Below are positions 27,503 to 40,196 of a stretch of DNA of 64,000 nt, one piece after another. Position 1 is the first letter of the stretch; each line of letters opens with the position of its first letter. The notes beneath the pieces were generated by a model that was not told where the DNA came from, ran no database searches, and saw only the letters and a program-made list of their open reading frames with translations. Source of the stretch: the human T2T-CHM13v2.0 reference genome, Homo sapiens; assembly GCF_009914755.1 (NCBI RefSeq), contig NC_060932.1; one strand, 5' to 3'. Position numbers and translations under genes: made by a program.

Positions 27503-29889
27503 GTTTTAGGTTGTGTATCTACTGGCTGTGTCTACAAGAGGTAGGAGCACCAGCACTCTGGGCTGTTTCCCAACACGTCTTCCTTCCGCTCTGTGGGTTG
27601 AGAGGCTGAGGGAAGGGAGAGGCCAGGCTAGACCTGGGCCTTGGCAGGTCAGAGCCTCTCGGAAGGAACAGACTCAAGCTGGACCACGTGTCAGGGCTTA
27701 ACCCCTGTGACCTCGGGCACCCACAGCCAGCCTGCCCAGGGTCTCATCCAGTTGGACACACCCAAGAGGGTGAGGCATAGGGAGGCAACGGGATCAGCAT
27801 TCTGGGTCTCTGAGTTCAGGGCTTTGTTAGGGACGTGGAGGTCCCTGGAAAGTGTCCGGTGTGGAGGTCACATGTGGATAGGTTGGGTGGGTGGAGAGGA
27901 GATTGAAATTGCAGGTCCCGGCACCCAAGAGGCCAAGGCTTCAGGATTACTCTCTTCTCCACCACGTGGTCCCCCCAAATCCAGCTCCCCCAAAGTCCCC
28001 TCCTGAGCGCGCACCTCAGCCCAGCTCCTGAACATCTGCTTCTCTCTCGCTCTGCTCCCAACCCCACCTACCTGTCTCGGGCAGAACCCCTTGCACTTCC
28101 CAGCACACTGGAAATGAGGCCACTCGGTGCTTGTGAGGCCTTTCTCAATGAGAGCACCTCCCACCTTGACTTAGGGTTCTATGGATGAATGTGCCTCTCC
28201 CAGAGGCCCAGAGCCCAAGAGTGAGGCCACGACTCAGTCATCCTCAATCCTGAGCCTCACTCCAGGGCCAGGGACAGAGGGGTCTCCAGGCTGTAAGGGT
28301 CTGAAGAGCAGGCCCCAGGCTCTGTCAGTGGTAGGTGTTCCCACAGGGCTGGGGACCTGGTGTGTGCTCCCAGGTACCTAAGACCTAAGCCTGTCAGGAG
28401 GTCAGGAGGTAGGGACAGAGACTCCAGGCTTGGAAGCTGGGTCCACAGGCCCACAGCCAGGCCGGGCACCTGGAGCAATCACATGAGCAAGTTGTCATCA
28501 CAGGCAGGACCAGGAACGGGGGCAGGAGGACAAGAACGCCAACAGGGAGCTGAGGCTTAAGCCCTGGCAGAGCTGCCTCCTTCCCCACAGGAATCTCCTG
28601 CCCAGCCCCGGAACAGCAGAGGCTGGAGCCGAAGGTACTGTATTCACTGTGCTTTCAATTTTGCATATTTTACCATGCTTTGACGAGACACCTTGCTGAC
28701 CAGGAGAGGCTGCCCCTCCCAGGGCTGACTAGGAGAGGCTGGCCACTCCCCAGGGATGGAAGCTCCCACACAGAGTGCTGTTCTGATGCAGCCGGCCCAC
28801 CCAGAGCCCAAAGACAACTCACCTGCCATCATCAGGCCCCCGCAGCCCGGGACACTAGCCCCCTGCCCTAAATCACCCAAGGCCAGTTGTGTGTCTACTG
28901 GCTGTGTCTGCAAGAGGCTGAGTCACCAACACCTGACCACCCACATTGCCCAGAGCCTACTGAAATGATTCACCCACCAAAATTATTCCAACGAGCCGAT
29001 CCAGGTCTGCGCACCCAGCCTGCCCCGCACCTGGCCTTCCCTTCAGAGACCACCGTGCAGGCTCGCAGCAGCTTCCCCTCCCAACAGCCATGCTCCCTTT
29101 TGTGACCCTGCACAGCTGACACCTGTGGGGTCTTCTGGCTGTCAACACCTGGACCCCTCTCTGTGTTCCTTTCCAGTATAGAAGTCAGACACACAGAATC
29201 ACTTTCCCAGCCTTGTAGCTAGGATGTACTGCCAGAGTACGAGCCCTGGGAGGCTGGGGGCTGCAGCTCGTACCCCGGCAGTTGCCAGCTCAGAACCCCA
29301 GCTGTGGGCACTGCCACCGAGGCCGGAGCAGCCAGCTCTCCTGGGTCACAGCTTCTCTGGACCTCCATGTCCTGGGATATTGGCCTGGGTGGTTGAGTCA
29401 GGGACATGTGCCCACATCCTCTCACCTCCCTCTTCTGTGCTGCACTCACTGCCCACCCGTGCTCCCTGCTCTTCTCAGTCTCCAGCTCTTTGCTTTTGCT
29501 GCTCCACGCCCCGGGACTCCCTCCCTCCCCTTTCCCACTCTCATCTGCAAGCATCAAGGTGAGGTTTGTTTCCCCAGGCTCAGGCTGAGTTGCCTCCTCC
29601 CAGAAGCCTCCTGTGATAACTGTCAGGCCCACATGTCTCCCTGAGCCTCCTGGCATTCCCTGTCTCTCTCCAGCAGGGCCCTTGCCCCTCAGCTGGGAAC
29701 TAGCGCCCCTGCCGACAGAGACCGCGCAGCACCGGCTCTCCCCTCCCTGCGGGTACCCGGCCATCTGCCGAAGGAGCTAATGGAGCATCGTGGAAGGATG
29801 CGCGAAGGATGCACGAAGCCGGTGCCAGAGGCTGCTCCTTCCGCTCCCAGCCAAGTGGCCCTCCCACTCGGACTCTCCCAGCTCGCGGG

Positions 29890-30330
29890 GAGCCAAGCAC
29901 GATTTTTGGCTGGCCTTGTAGAGGCAACATTCAAAAGCCGAGGCTGCCGTGTGAAATCTCCTGGCTCCTCCTTTGTGATTTTCGGGCTAAAAATAAAATC
30001 CCCGGGACCCCGGTGGCTGCCATTGTTGCTGCTATTGAAACGTGATGAGCGCCTGATCAAAATTCTTATGCATTGTTGACAGGGGAGGCAACCCGGCACT
30101 TATCTCCCAGTGACTTTAAAAATAGAGCCTCTTCCTTTTCTGCCAGGGCAAAGCAATAATTTAGATAATTGAAACTCTGAAATGAGTTGGAGACGAATCG
30201 CTGTGGCTTTGGGCCCTTTTATGAGACTTTTTCTTTGTATGAAAAAGAATGGAATCAGAAAAAGAACGTTTTGCTCACACAAAGACCCTGAGTGGGACGC
30301 ATCTCGTCAATGTGAAATTGCGCGGCTCCG
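29890..30330. promoter_or_regulatory. Candidate enhancer with two MEF2 sites plus GATA and SOX motifs
   Basis: CTAAAAATAA 29987-29996, TTAAAAATAG 30116-30125, CTTATCT 30099-30105, CATTGTT 30021-30027 and 30071-30077; non-repetitive. Confidence 0.45.
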
Positions 30331-31058
30331 GGGTCCTGGCTGTCGAGTTGGGGGCTGTTGTGGCTTCTCAGAGCTGCAGACCTCCCTTCTACCCCGGGAC
30401 AGAGGGGCAGGTGCAGGGCCACACTGAGGGGTGAGCTGTCTGTGCTGGGAAGAGGGGGTCTCCTGGATAAGCCGTTCCTTCTCTACCCTCCACTGCTTCT
30501 TCTCGTGTAGGGAGGCCGGCGGCCCCTCCTGCAAGCACCCACCGTCTCAGGGAGAGATCCCCCTCTCTCAGCCAGCAGCCCCTTCCTTGGGGAAGCCCCC
30601 CACTCCTCATGCGGAATCTGGATCCTACTCGCCAGAAGGTGGAAACAGGAATGTTATTTCATCTCTCTTTCTCCTCCATCAAGGCAACCTGCAAAGGCCT
30701 CTCTGTTGCCACTGCCAGCACCACCCACCACCCTCTCCCCTCCAGGGAGCACAGCAGCCTCCTCCCTGGACTCCCGGCTGCCCTGACCATATCCCCCCTG
30801 AACCAGACTCTTTTTTTCCTCTCTGCCCCAATGGCCAGACTGATCTTTACAAAGCATACACTGAGAGGTGCCATTCTCTCGCTCCTGGTCTTGAATGACT
30901 GCCCATCACCCGGGAACACAGTGCACCCTCTCCAGGGCCCCGCGCAGCCTGGCACCCACACCCTCCCAGCCACCCCAGCCACCCCTGCCCTGAGGCCCTT
31001 TCACTGTAAGAACAGGAATCTTCTGTGCTGTCCCGATTCCTCTAACGGACATCCCCTC

Positions 31059-31533
31059 AGGGTCACCAGAGAAAATACAGAATGCCCAGTTAAATTTGAA
31101 CCTCTCCTTTTTAAAAATTAATTTAATTTTTAAAGGTAGAGACAAGGTCTTGCTGTGTCACCCAGACAGGGTGTAGTGGTGTGATCACAGCTCACTGAAG
31201 TCTCCAAATCCTGGGCTCAAGCGATCTTCCTGCCTCACCCTCCAGGACTTCAGGTATGCACCAGCACACCCAGCTCATTTTTTAATTTTAATTTTTGTAG
31301 AGACAGGGTCTTGCTATGTTGTCCAGGCTGGTCTTAAACTCCTAGTCTCAAGTGATCCTCCTGCCTTGGCTTCTCAAAGTGCTGGATCACAGGCATGAGC
31401 CACCACACCCAGCCACTAAATCTGACTTTCTGACAATGTTTGAGTATAAATATACTCAAATAAACTATTCTCAAACAATGTTTGAGTATAAATATGTCCC
31501 AAATGGAAACATTCTTAAGAAGTTATACTCAAA
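31059..31533. mobile_element. MER53 (palindromic non-autonomous DNA transposon), split by an Alu
   Basis: agggtcaccagagaaaatacagaatgcccagttaaatttgaa matches the MER53 terminus; resumes after the Alu with tttgagtataaatatgtcccaaat...ttatactcaaa. Confidence 0.75.
31108..31414 (-). mobile_element. Alu (AluJ-like)
   Basis: agagacaaggtcttgctgtgtcacccag...gatcacagctcactg...tcctgggctcaagcgatcttcctgcctca...aggcatgagccaccacacccagcc. Confidence 0.92.
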
Positions 31534-31869
31534 GACCATGTGCAAGACATAGGACCCTACCTAGATGACTCCAGCTCATAGATGTCCCAGCAGCTGTCCC
31601 AATGCATCACCCAGCTGTCCTGCATGGGGGCATCTGATGTCCCCTAAAGCTAGATGTGCCCCATATGGAACTCCTGACTTTCCTCCCACCTCACCGGCCC
31701 TTCCCTTCACATACACGCTCACCCTTGGACGCTCCGGGATCTTCGCATGGGAGAAGCTCGGGAAGACGTCTGCAGGAAGGGGGCCTGGAGCCGTGTCCCG
31801 AAACAGGATTTGCACCAGACGTGAGGTGCGAGTTGAATGGCTGCCTCTTTGGCTTTGTGCAGAGCTGAC

Positions 31870-32251
31870 TGACTCATGACGGGGCTGGGCTGCTCTGCTG
31901 GGTCCCCCTGTGCTTCGCCTTCACTGGACTGAGGGCTGCCCAACGGCTGGTGAAACGTCATTTCTGTGATCACGTGGGTGATTCCAGAGGAGATTGATTA
32001 GTATGTGTTCGTGGATGGAGTGGAGATGACCCGTCTCCACCAAAGGGGGTGGGCAGCATCTGACCATCCACAGCACGAACAGAGCTGGACCCCACCATGG
32101 GCTTCCTGGGGGTTCCAGCCTGCAGACAGCAGATCAAGGCCTCCTCAGCCTCCACGGTCACGGGAGACAATTCCCACGACACACCTCCTCTTACATGTCT
32201 CTCTCTCCATATGTAATTTGTTCTGCCTCTCTGAGGAGCTATGACGAATAC
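31870..32251 (+). mobile_element. MLT2 (ERVL) LTR remnant
   Basis: ttcctggggttccagcctgcagacagcagatc...cctcctcagcctccac...tgttctgcctctctgaggagctatgacgaataca. Confidence 0.6.
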
Positions 32252-33924
32252 AGCTCCCCGGGGCTAACATGGACCCCACCCTTCTTACTGTCCTTCCAAA
32301 CTCCCCCATGCATCCTTCCCCATGCCAGGAAATGGGCTCACGCTCAGCCTCAGGCCAGAGGCCCAGGGCCATGAGTAAGGCAAGAAAGGAGATTCTCCTG
32401 TGGCCAGCCACATCCTGTCAGCCTCCCAGGTCACCTGCAGGTCCTGCTGACTCCTGCCTCTCCACCTGACGCACTTCACCCCCTAATTCTCTCCCTCTAC
32501 CTGAGGCACCTTCATCCCCTATTTCTCTCCCTCTGCCTATGCATCTTCTTTCGCTAATTCTCTCTCTCTCCACCTGAGGCGTCCTCACCTCCCCCTCTGT
32601 CTACCTGAGACATTCTCCGGCCTCCTGATCATGGTCTTCCCTAGGTTGGGTGGGAGGAAATGGCAGAGTGCTAACCCACATGACGGTGGCTGGTAGCCTG
32701 AGAACTCCGTTGGGAAAGTGCCAGGGCCGGTTCTCCACAATCCCAGAGGATCCTTCTAACAGGTAACAGCCTAGTGACAGGGCTCTGCTGTCTTCTCTCT
32801 CCAGGGTCTCACTTCCCAACCCCACAGTGCCTCTGGAACTCCTCCCAAGCAGAACACCTGCCCACAATCCTGTCTCAGGTTTGCTGTGGGGGACCCTGGG
32901 CAGGCATCTACAAGTCTTGTCTCTCCTTACCACCGCCAGCATCTTACCTGCGAATCCCTGTCCCTCTGCTGTCTTCCCACTTCTCCCAGCTCCACTGTCT
33001 CCATGCACGCCCCTCCCCGGGGTTGTGACATCATCCCTAGCATCTCCAGCTGGCCCCTCACTCACTCCACCCACTCTCCCAGCAGCCAGTGTCCTCTGAA
33101 ACACAGGCCATCGATGACTTCCTCTGCCCTGGACTTGTACCCAAGCTCCTTACCAGACCCCCAGGACCTGGCTTTGCCCACCTCTCTGCTGGAACCCCTC
33201 TCTGCCCTGGGGCATTGGCACATGCCACCCCCACGACCTGGGCCCATGCTTCTGGGATAGCTAGGTCGGACCAGCCTTCAGGCCTCGTACCCATGTCCAC
33301 CTTGGCAAGGCCTCCCCACTGCCCCCTCGTTAGCCTATCTCCTTCCACACGGTAGCCGACATGGCACTGACTCCAGCGTGCCACCACACATCAGGTGGGT
33401 GCATATGCATGTGCGGCCTTGTGCGTGGAGGGTGCCCTCACCAGACCGTGAGCTTCCCAGGGCAGGCTTCTGTGCGTCTTGTTCACCTTTACATCCCAGC
33501 ACCTGGACGGTGTCCAGCAGGGAAGGGGTGTCTGGCCTAAATGTGAGAGTCAGGGATAGAGAGAGCAGCAGACCTGCCTGGATCAGGTCAGGGTGGAGTT
33601 CCAGGAGAGTGTGCCAGGGCCACCAGCTCTGCAGACCACGGTCGGGGCAGCTCTCCTGCAGCTGGGATTCCTGGCCCAGGCTGGAATCCTGCCTTCTCAG
33701 GCTAGGGAGCACCCAAGAAAGAGCCTGGATGGGGACTCAGAGGGGAAGAGATCCTCCCCTTCCCTTCCTTGAGCCTCAGAGTCACAAGCTGGACAGCGGG
33801 AGGTGATGATCTTGTGAAATGACCATTGGACAGTCCTCTTGCTGTGCCCAGAGCCACACCCAGCCCTGGCCTTCTGTTCCAGGTGGAGGCCCTAGCGCTT
33901 CGTTTCTGACCTTTTGTTTGTTTT

Positions 33925-34378
33925 CATACACTTTATTTTTAGGGCAGTTTTAGGTTCACAGCAAAATTAAGCAAAAAGTCAGAGATTCCCCACATACCTT
34001 CCACCCCACATATGCACAGCCTCCCCTCTCTCAATACCCTGCCCGAGTGGTGTGAGTATCACGACCGATGAGCCTGCAGTGAGGCGTCGCCCTCGCTCTG
34101 AGCCTGCAGCCTCCATCAGGGCTCACTCTGGCTGGTGCGTGCTCTGTGGGTCTGCACAAATGCATGGGACTTGTTTCCGCCATTGTCATGTCGAACAGAG
34201 CAGTGTCACTGCCCTAAAAATCCTCTGGGCTCCCTGATTCGTCCCTCCCCCAGCCCCTGGCAGCCACTGATCCTTTCATCTTCTCCGCTGTTTCGCCTCT
34301 TCCAGAATGTCCTAGAGTCGGAATCTTACCATATGTGGCCTTTTGGGAGTGGCTTCTTTCCCTTAGTCAGATGCACCA
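33925..34378 (-). mobile_element. L1MC-like 3' end
   Basis: ttttagggcagttttaggttcacagcaaaattaagc...gtcactgccctaaaaatcctctgggctcc...ccagaatgtcctagagtcggaatc. Confidence 0.85.
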
Positions 34379-34939
34379 TGTTGGGCTCTGTTTCTAGTGG
34401 TCCAGGGCCTCAACTGTGTGTCTGCCGTGGTGGATTGGGCGTGAGGGCTGGGCTGGCCCACACCACCTCCCTGGCTGCCTTATCTCCTGTTGACAGAACT
34501 TGGTTCTCACCTGTTGGCCCAGTCCCTTGCTGTTCTGGGATTCCGCCTCAGTCCCCTCCTCTGGGGCTCATCCTGGGAGGATCTGATCTGGGCTGCCATC
34601 TTGTTCTCAGTCCTGCCTGGGATCCACAAGTCTCTGCTGCTGGCCGCTGTGAAGGGACAAAATGTCCAGCCTCATAGCCCCTGGGTGCACCTGCTGGGAG
34701 CCTTGGCCCAAGAGCACCCCTCCCTGCCTAAGATAATGGGTCAGGGTCACAGCACTGGCCATGGCAGCTTTCGTGAGGCTGCAGAAGTGACTTCGCCCCA
34801 CACCCTCCCCCAGCCCTTCCCCCAACCCCAGAGAGGGGAAGCGTATGGTCCACACTTGGGCCAGCTCAGTCTCCTATAGCCATCACAGCTACAACCCTCC
34901 TATCTTCCTTCTCCCCAAAATGTCCCCATGAGATAACAG

Positions 34940-35130
34940 AATAATAAACAACATTTCATTTAATACTCAAATAATTCTTATGAGGAACAGTATATTGTTC
35001 ACAGATGGGAAAATATGTAAATTGAGGGCTAGAAGATCAAGCCACCTGCCCAAGATTTTGCAGCTGCTAAGTGGCAGAGCTGAGTGTCAGCTCAGCTTGG
35101 GAAGCCCAGCTGTAAACCCTGTCCTGACCA
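34940..35130 (-). mobile_element. MIR
   Basis: ttcatttaatactcaaataattcttatgagg...cacagatgggaaa...attgagggctagaag...gccacctgcccaag...gctaagtggcagagctg. Confidence 0.7.
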
Positions 35131-35319
35131 TGCATGGGCTGGGCTTACATCCCACCTCAGTTACCCTGCACTTCCAGTGAGACCCTGGAAACACCAGCTA
35201 GGCATCTCGACTTCAGCCTCCTTGATTGTCCATTAGAAACCATGATAACATGGGGCCACGAGGATAAATTACATAATTCATGAAAACATGTGGTACAAAA
35301 TAAACAAAAATGAATCTAT

Positions 35320-36040
35320 TCCTCCATCATCTGCCCACCCACCATCCATCCATCCGTTCATTCACACACCATCCATCCACACACCCACCCATCCATCCAC
35401 ACACCCAATTGTCCACACATCTACCCACCATCCACCCATCCACCCACTATCCACTCATCCACCCATCCATCCACCCATCCACCCACCATCTACCCGTGTA
35501 CCTATCCATTCATCCAACCCCAACCCACCCATTATCCATGCATCCATTCATCCCCTCACTCACACATCCATCCATCCACCCACCCATCCACCATCCACTC
35601 ACCCCCCACCCATCCACCCATCCATTCATCCATCTCCAGTCCACCCACTGTCCATCCATCCATTCATCCCCTCACTCACACATCCACCCATCCACCCATC
35701 CATTCATCCATCCCCAGTCCACCCTATCCATCCATCCATTCATCCCCTCACTCACACATTCATCCATCCATCCATTCATCTATCCCCAGTCCACCCACTA
35801 TCCATCCATCCATTCATCCCCTCATTCACAATCCATCCATCCACCCATCCACCCACCCACCCATCCACCCATCCATTCATCCATCCCCAGTCCACCCACT
35901 ATCCATCCATCCATTCATCCCCTCACTCACACACCCATCCGTCCATCCATCCATCCATCCATTCATCTATCCCCAGTCTGCCCACTATCCATCCATCCAT
36001 CCGTCACCACCCATCCTTCTCCCCTTCCTTCATTCCTTCA
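35320..36040. repeat. (CCAT/CCAC)n complex simple repeat
   Basis: catccatccacccatcc... ; source of the H/P-rich ORFs. Confidence 0.97.
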
Positions 36041-36099
36041 CCAGTGCTAATGAATCAGAGCTAGACTAGTTTGTGCTGAGGGTTGTGACAGGCCAGGAT

Positions 36100-36580
36100 T
36101 CAAAGCCACCCCCACACTTGTTTCCACAGCCTTGCACTGTGGATGGATGCAGAGAGGAGTGTGTCATGGGGATTCCCAGGTGAGAGGTCCTGAGACCAGG
36201 ATAGTTTTTGTCCTTGGTGACTGTGGTGGATGTCAATGCTTGTCACTGGTTCCAAGGTCCCCTCCCCTTCTAAGCACAAAGGAGACCTCCCTCTGTCTCC
36301 CTCTTGGTGAGGTGGAGCCATGTGCTGGCTGTAGCCAAGGAGCACTGTGCAGAAAGGATGTGCTCCTGGCAGCATCCACGTTAACTTGCTGGTGCACCAT
36401 GCCCTCCTCTGGAGGTGCAGACTTTCGGGGTGCAGCCCTCCTGCCAGCCTGTCCCTGAGTGGCTCTGGTGAGCCATGCACCCTGCTGACCTATGAGGGCA
36501 TGAGAGGAAACCGCTATGGCTTAAGCCATGGAGATGTGGGGTTGTTGTCACATGCAGAGCTCAGCCCTTCATGATCAACA
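36100..36580 (+). mobile_element. Old MLT1-type LTR remnant
   Basis: Ends gcttaagccatggagatgtggggttgttgtcacatgcagagc, like an MLT1 3' end. Confidence 0.45.
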
Positions 36581-36626
36581 CCGTGACTCTCACTTCCTTC
36601 CCAGGGTCTTCACGTCCTCCTCACCC

Positions 36627-37072
36627 TGTAGTCTCTGAGGGCTGCCAGAAGAAATGACCACAGACTTGGTGGCTTAAAGCCACAGAGGTGTATTCCCTCC
36701 TGGATTCTGAGGCTGGAAGTCTGAAGTGCAGTTGTGGGCAAGGTGGTTCCTTGGAGCCCCTGAGGAAGGATGTGTTCCAGGCCTCTCTTCCAGCCTCTGG
36801 TGGTCGCAGGTGACTGCCTTGGCGTCCCCAGCTTGTGGCTGCCTCACTCCAACTTCAGCTTCTATCTTCACATAGCCTTTTTCTCCCTCCACGTCGCTGT
36901 CTCTGTGTCTCTTCTCCTTTCTTTTTAACGACACCAGTTATTGGGCGTAGGGCCCATCCTCATCCTGTGTGACCCCATCTTAACTTACATCTGTAATGTG
37001 ACCCTATTTTTAAATAAGGTCACATTTATTTTGAGGTTCTAGGTGGACATGAATTTTGGGGGGGCACTATTT
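36627..37072 (-). mobile_element. MLT1 (C/D-like) LTR
   Basis: gggctgccagaagaaatgaccacagacttggtggcttaaa...gaggctggaagtctgaa...ccctatttttaaataaggtcacatt. Confidence 0.88.
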
Positions 37073-38994
37073 GATCCGACACCCCCACCCCCATGCTTAG
37101 CTCAAGTCTGCAAGCATTTGGAGAAGAGCCACTGTGTGCCAGGCAGCACGGTGCATTTGCTGAGGAGACACAGATGAAGCCTTCCACAGCAGGGGAAGCT
37201 TTGCAGGTGATGGACTCGGATGAGTCCAGGCTGATGGCAGAGGCAGAAGAGACAGGCTCGATGCAACGTAGAGGGTGCAATGAGAGCAGAACTGGCCCTG
37301 GGGTCCCACCAGCTGGTCTGAGTGCCCCTGGGATACCTACAGCACCTGTCTTTTCCGCCTGCAGCACCTCATTCAGGGCTAGAGCCTGGTGGTTGTTCCA
37401 TAAGTGCTGCTGGAATCCCTCACCCGGCTCACACGTGGCGCCTGCCTGTCTCTTGCCATGCTCACCATCGCAGAGACCATCTGTGAGTGCTAACGGGCCA
37501 GGCTGGCATGGCGGCAGCCCAACTGGAGAAGCTCGAGGTCTGCTCAGCAATGCTGGCCCAGGCCTTTGGCTCCCATGAGCTCCATGGCTCTCAACGGCAC
37601 CCACCGGGCCCATCCATCATGCCAAATTCCCCGTGCATGTGTCAGCCCCGCTGAGCATGAAATTGCACGAAACTTACAGCTTCCTCTGGCTTCCAACCTG
37701 ATTTTCTGATGGCAGCTTCAACTCACCAAGCGCTCTCCACAGGCCAGGGCAACGGGTGGCTGCCCCTCCCCCACACAGCGTGCACCATTCTGTGGGCCCC
37801 TAGGAATCCTCAGGGACCTCCCCTCCAGGGGCGTCGCTTCCCCTCCCAGAAGAGGTGCTCAGCCCCTTCCTGTCCAAGCCTTAGAGAATGCAGCTTGACT
37901 CCAAGGCTGCCCAAACTATTCCTGAAGCCCAAGGTGCAGTTCTAGGACCCACAGTTTAAGAGGGGGCCTTGACAAACAGGGCGTTGTGAAGACTTTGACC
38001 AGGATGGCAAAGGGTCCATGAAACAAGCCTGGTGGATAAGGACAGGTTGGAGGGAGCCGCATCTCCAGGCAGATGTTGTCGGGCCTGAGGGAGGGAGGAA
38101 GGGGCTAGGACCGCTTCGGTTATGTGTACTGCTGGCCACGTGTTTGTGTTTGAGCAGCAGAATACAACAGGCTGTCACTGCACTAACAGAACTAACGGAA
38201 ACCACCTGGACCTCAACTGCACAGGGATTCTTAGAGGGGAAAGAAGAAGGCCAATCCTGAGGGTTCTGAGGAAGGAACCGCCACGAAAGGGTGGATGTTA
38301 CAGAGACCAGCATGAAGCATCCACCAGCGACATGGGCAGTGATGCTGGTAATGAGCTCACCATCGGGAAAGCACGCAAGAAGAGCCCAGGATACACAGGC
38401 CCTCGGCATCCATGTCATGCTGCGATGCATCCCATAGAGCTCAGCCTTCCTGGTTCTATTCCTCAGGAACTCGTGACTATTTAGATGAGTTCTCAGCTTT
38501 TATTCTCAGTTAATAAACTGAATTTTCCATCAGTCAATCAAACGAAAGTCTTGGGTTTTCACTTAGAGCTCCTGGGGGGCTTTCTTGCTTGGGCTCATGT
38601 CCTTGAGGTCTTTCCTGTGGCAAAACTCCAGGCTCCCTCCACCCCTTTCCCTGTCCCTTCCCAAGGGACAACGAGGGGTAGTGCTGAGGTCAGATCTGGG
38701 AGAAGGTGCTCTCTTTAGAGCCTCCTGTCCCCCTGATGTTTGCATGCTCCACGGCTCCAAGGGTCCTTGGGGACAAGGTAGTCATCTGCAGGGTGTGTGG
38801 GCTCATAGAAGCCCACCATCCACCCACCTGCCCTTCCAAGCTTGCGGCTTCAAGGAGCTCCATCAGCACTGAAGCCAACATTCCCGCTTCCCCATGTCTG
38901 CTCCTCTGCCTCTGGCTCACTCCTCCGGGACCTCTGAGTGAGGAGGAGAAGGAGCTGCCTGGCCCTCGGTCCACATCCTCCACAGCTGTCGAGA

Positions 38995-39392
38995 AGCAGC
39001 ACAGCCCAGCACAACAGAGAGCACAGCAGAGCACAGCACAGCACAGCAGAGAGCACAGCACAGCAGAGAGCACAGCACAGCAGGGAGCACAGCAGAGCAC
39101 AGCAGAGAGCACAGCAGAGCGCAGCAGAGAGCACAGCAGAGCAGAGAGCACAGCAGAGAGCACAGCACAGCAGAGCATAGCACAGCACAGCACAGCAGAG
39201 AGCACAGCAGAGAGCACAGCACAGCACAGCAGAGCCCAGCAGAGCAGAGCAGAGAGCACAGCAGAGCTCAGCACAGCACAGCAGAGAGCACAGCACAGCC
39301 CAGCAGAGCACAGCACAGCAGAGCCCAGCAGAGCACAGCAGAGAGCACAGCAGAGCCACTGGCGTGGCCACAGCAGAGAGCACAGCAGCAGC
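38995..39392. repeat. Complex (GCACA/GCAGA/GA)n repeat
   Basis: gcacagcagagagcacagcacag...; almost T-free on the + strand. Confidence 0.95.
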
Positions 39393-39399
39393 CTCGGCC

Positions 39400-39540
39400 C
39401 TGGCACCTACAGGCTGTGTGATCTCAGCAAAGAAATGAACATCTCTGAGTCTACTTCCTAAGCTACAAATAGGGCATAATAACAGGAACCAGGCCCAGAA
39501 TGAGGATTAAATGAAGATTCATTTGGCTGAGTGTCTGGCT
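39400..39540 (+). mobile_element. MIR
   Basis: ggctgtgtgatctcagcaaag...tctctgagtctacttcctaagctacaaatagggcataataac...gaggattaaatgaag. Confidence 0.7.
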
Positions 39541-39834
39541 TTAACGGAAACCATTTCTACCCAGAAGATGCCTCAAGACGGACCCCAGGCACTGCTCCTG
39601 CTTCTGGCCCCCATGGCTCCCAGTGACACCGAGCTTCATCCAAGCCCCTCAGCCTGGGACTCAGACCCTCTGGGTGGGGCCTGGCTGGCTGTCACATGGC
39701 TCCCCCTACAGCTCCCAGGGCCCAGGCCAGCTCCACCTCCAGGCTTGCTCCAAGTCCTTCTGGGTCGAGTGAGTGTCTCCTCCCCAGACGCCATGTGGCT
39801 CTCTGTGGCAAGAGCTGCCAGTGCCCGCTGGCCC

Positions 39835-40196
39835 GTGCATGAGTGGCCTGTGGCTGCCAAAACACGCGACCACAAACTGGGTGGCTTTAAACTACAGACG
39901 TTGATTCCCTCGGCTCTGGAGGCTGGAAGTCTAACATCCAGGTGCCAGGAGGGCCACACTCTCTCCAAAGGCTTGAGGGCAGGCTTCCTCCTGCCTCTTC
40001 CAGCTTCTGGTGGCTCCAGGTACTCCTTGCCTCGTGGCCGCATCCTCCAATCTCTGCCTCCGTCTCCACATGGCCCTCTCTTTCCTTCTTAATCAATTAC
40101 AGCTACAAAGACCCTTTTTCCAGATAAGGCCCAGGCACAGATTCTGAGGATTAGGATGTGGACATGTTTTCCTGGGGGCCCCATTCAGCCCATAAC
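39835..40196 (-). mobile_element. MLT1 LTR
   Basis: gctgccaaaacacgcgaccacaaactgggtggctttaaactacagac...tctggaggctggaagtctaacatc...gggccccattcagcccataaca. Confidence 0.88.

Noticed and set aside
29698-29718. CTCF-like motif tagcgcccctgccg
   Set aside because: One base short of the core spacing; not a convincing match
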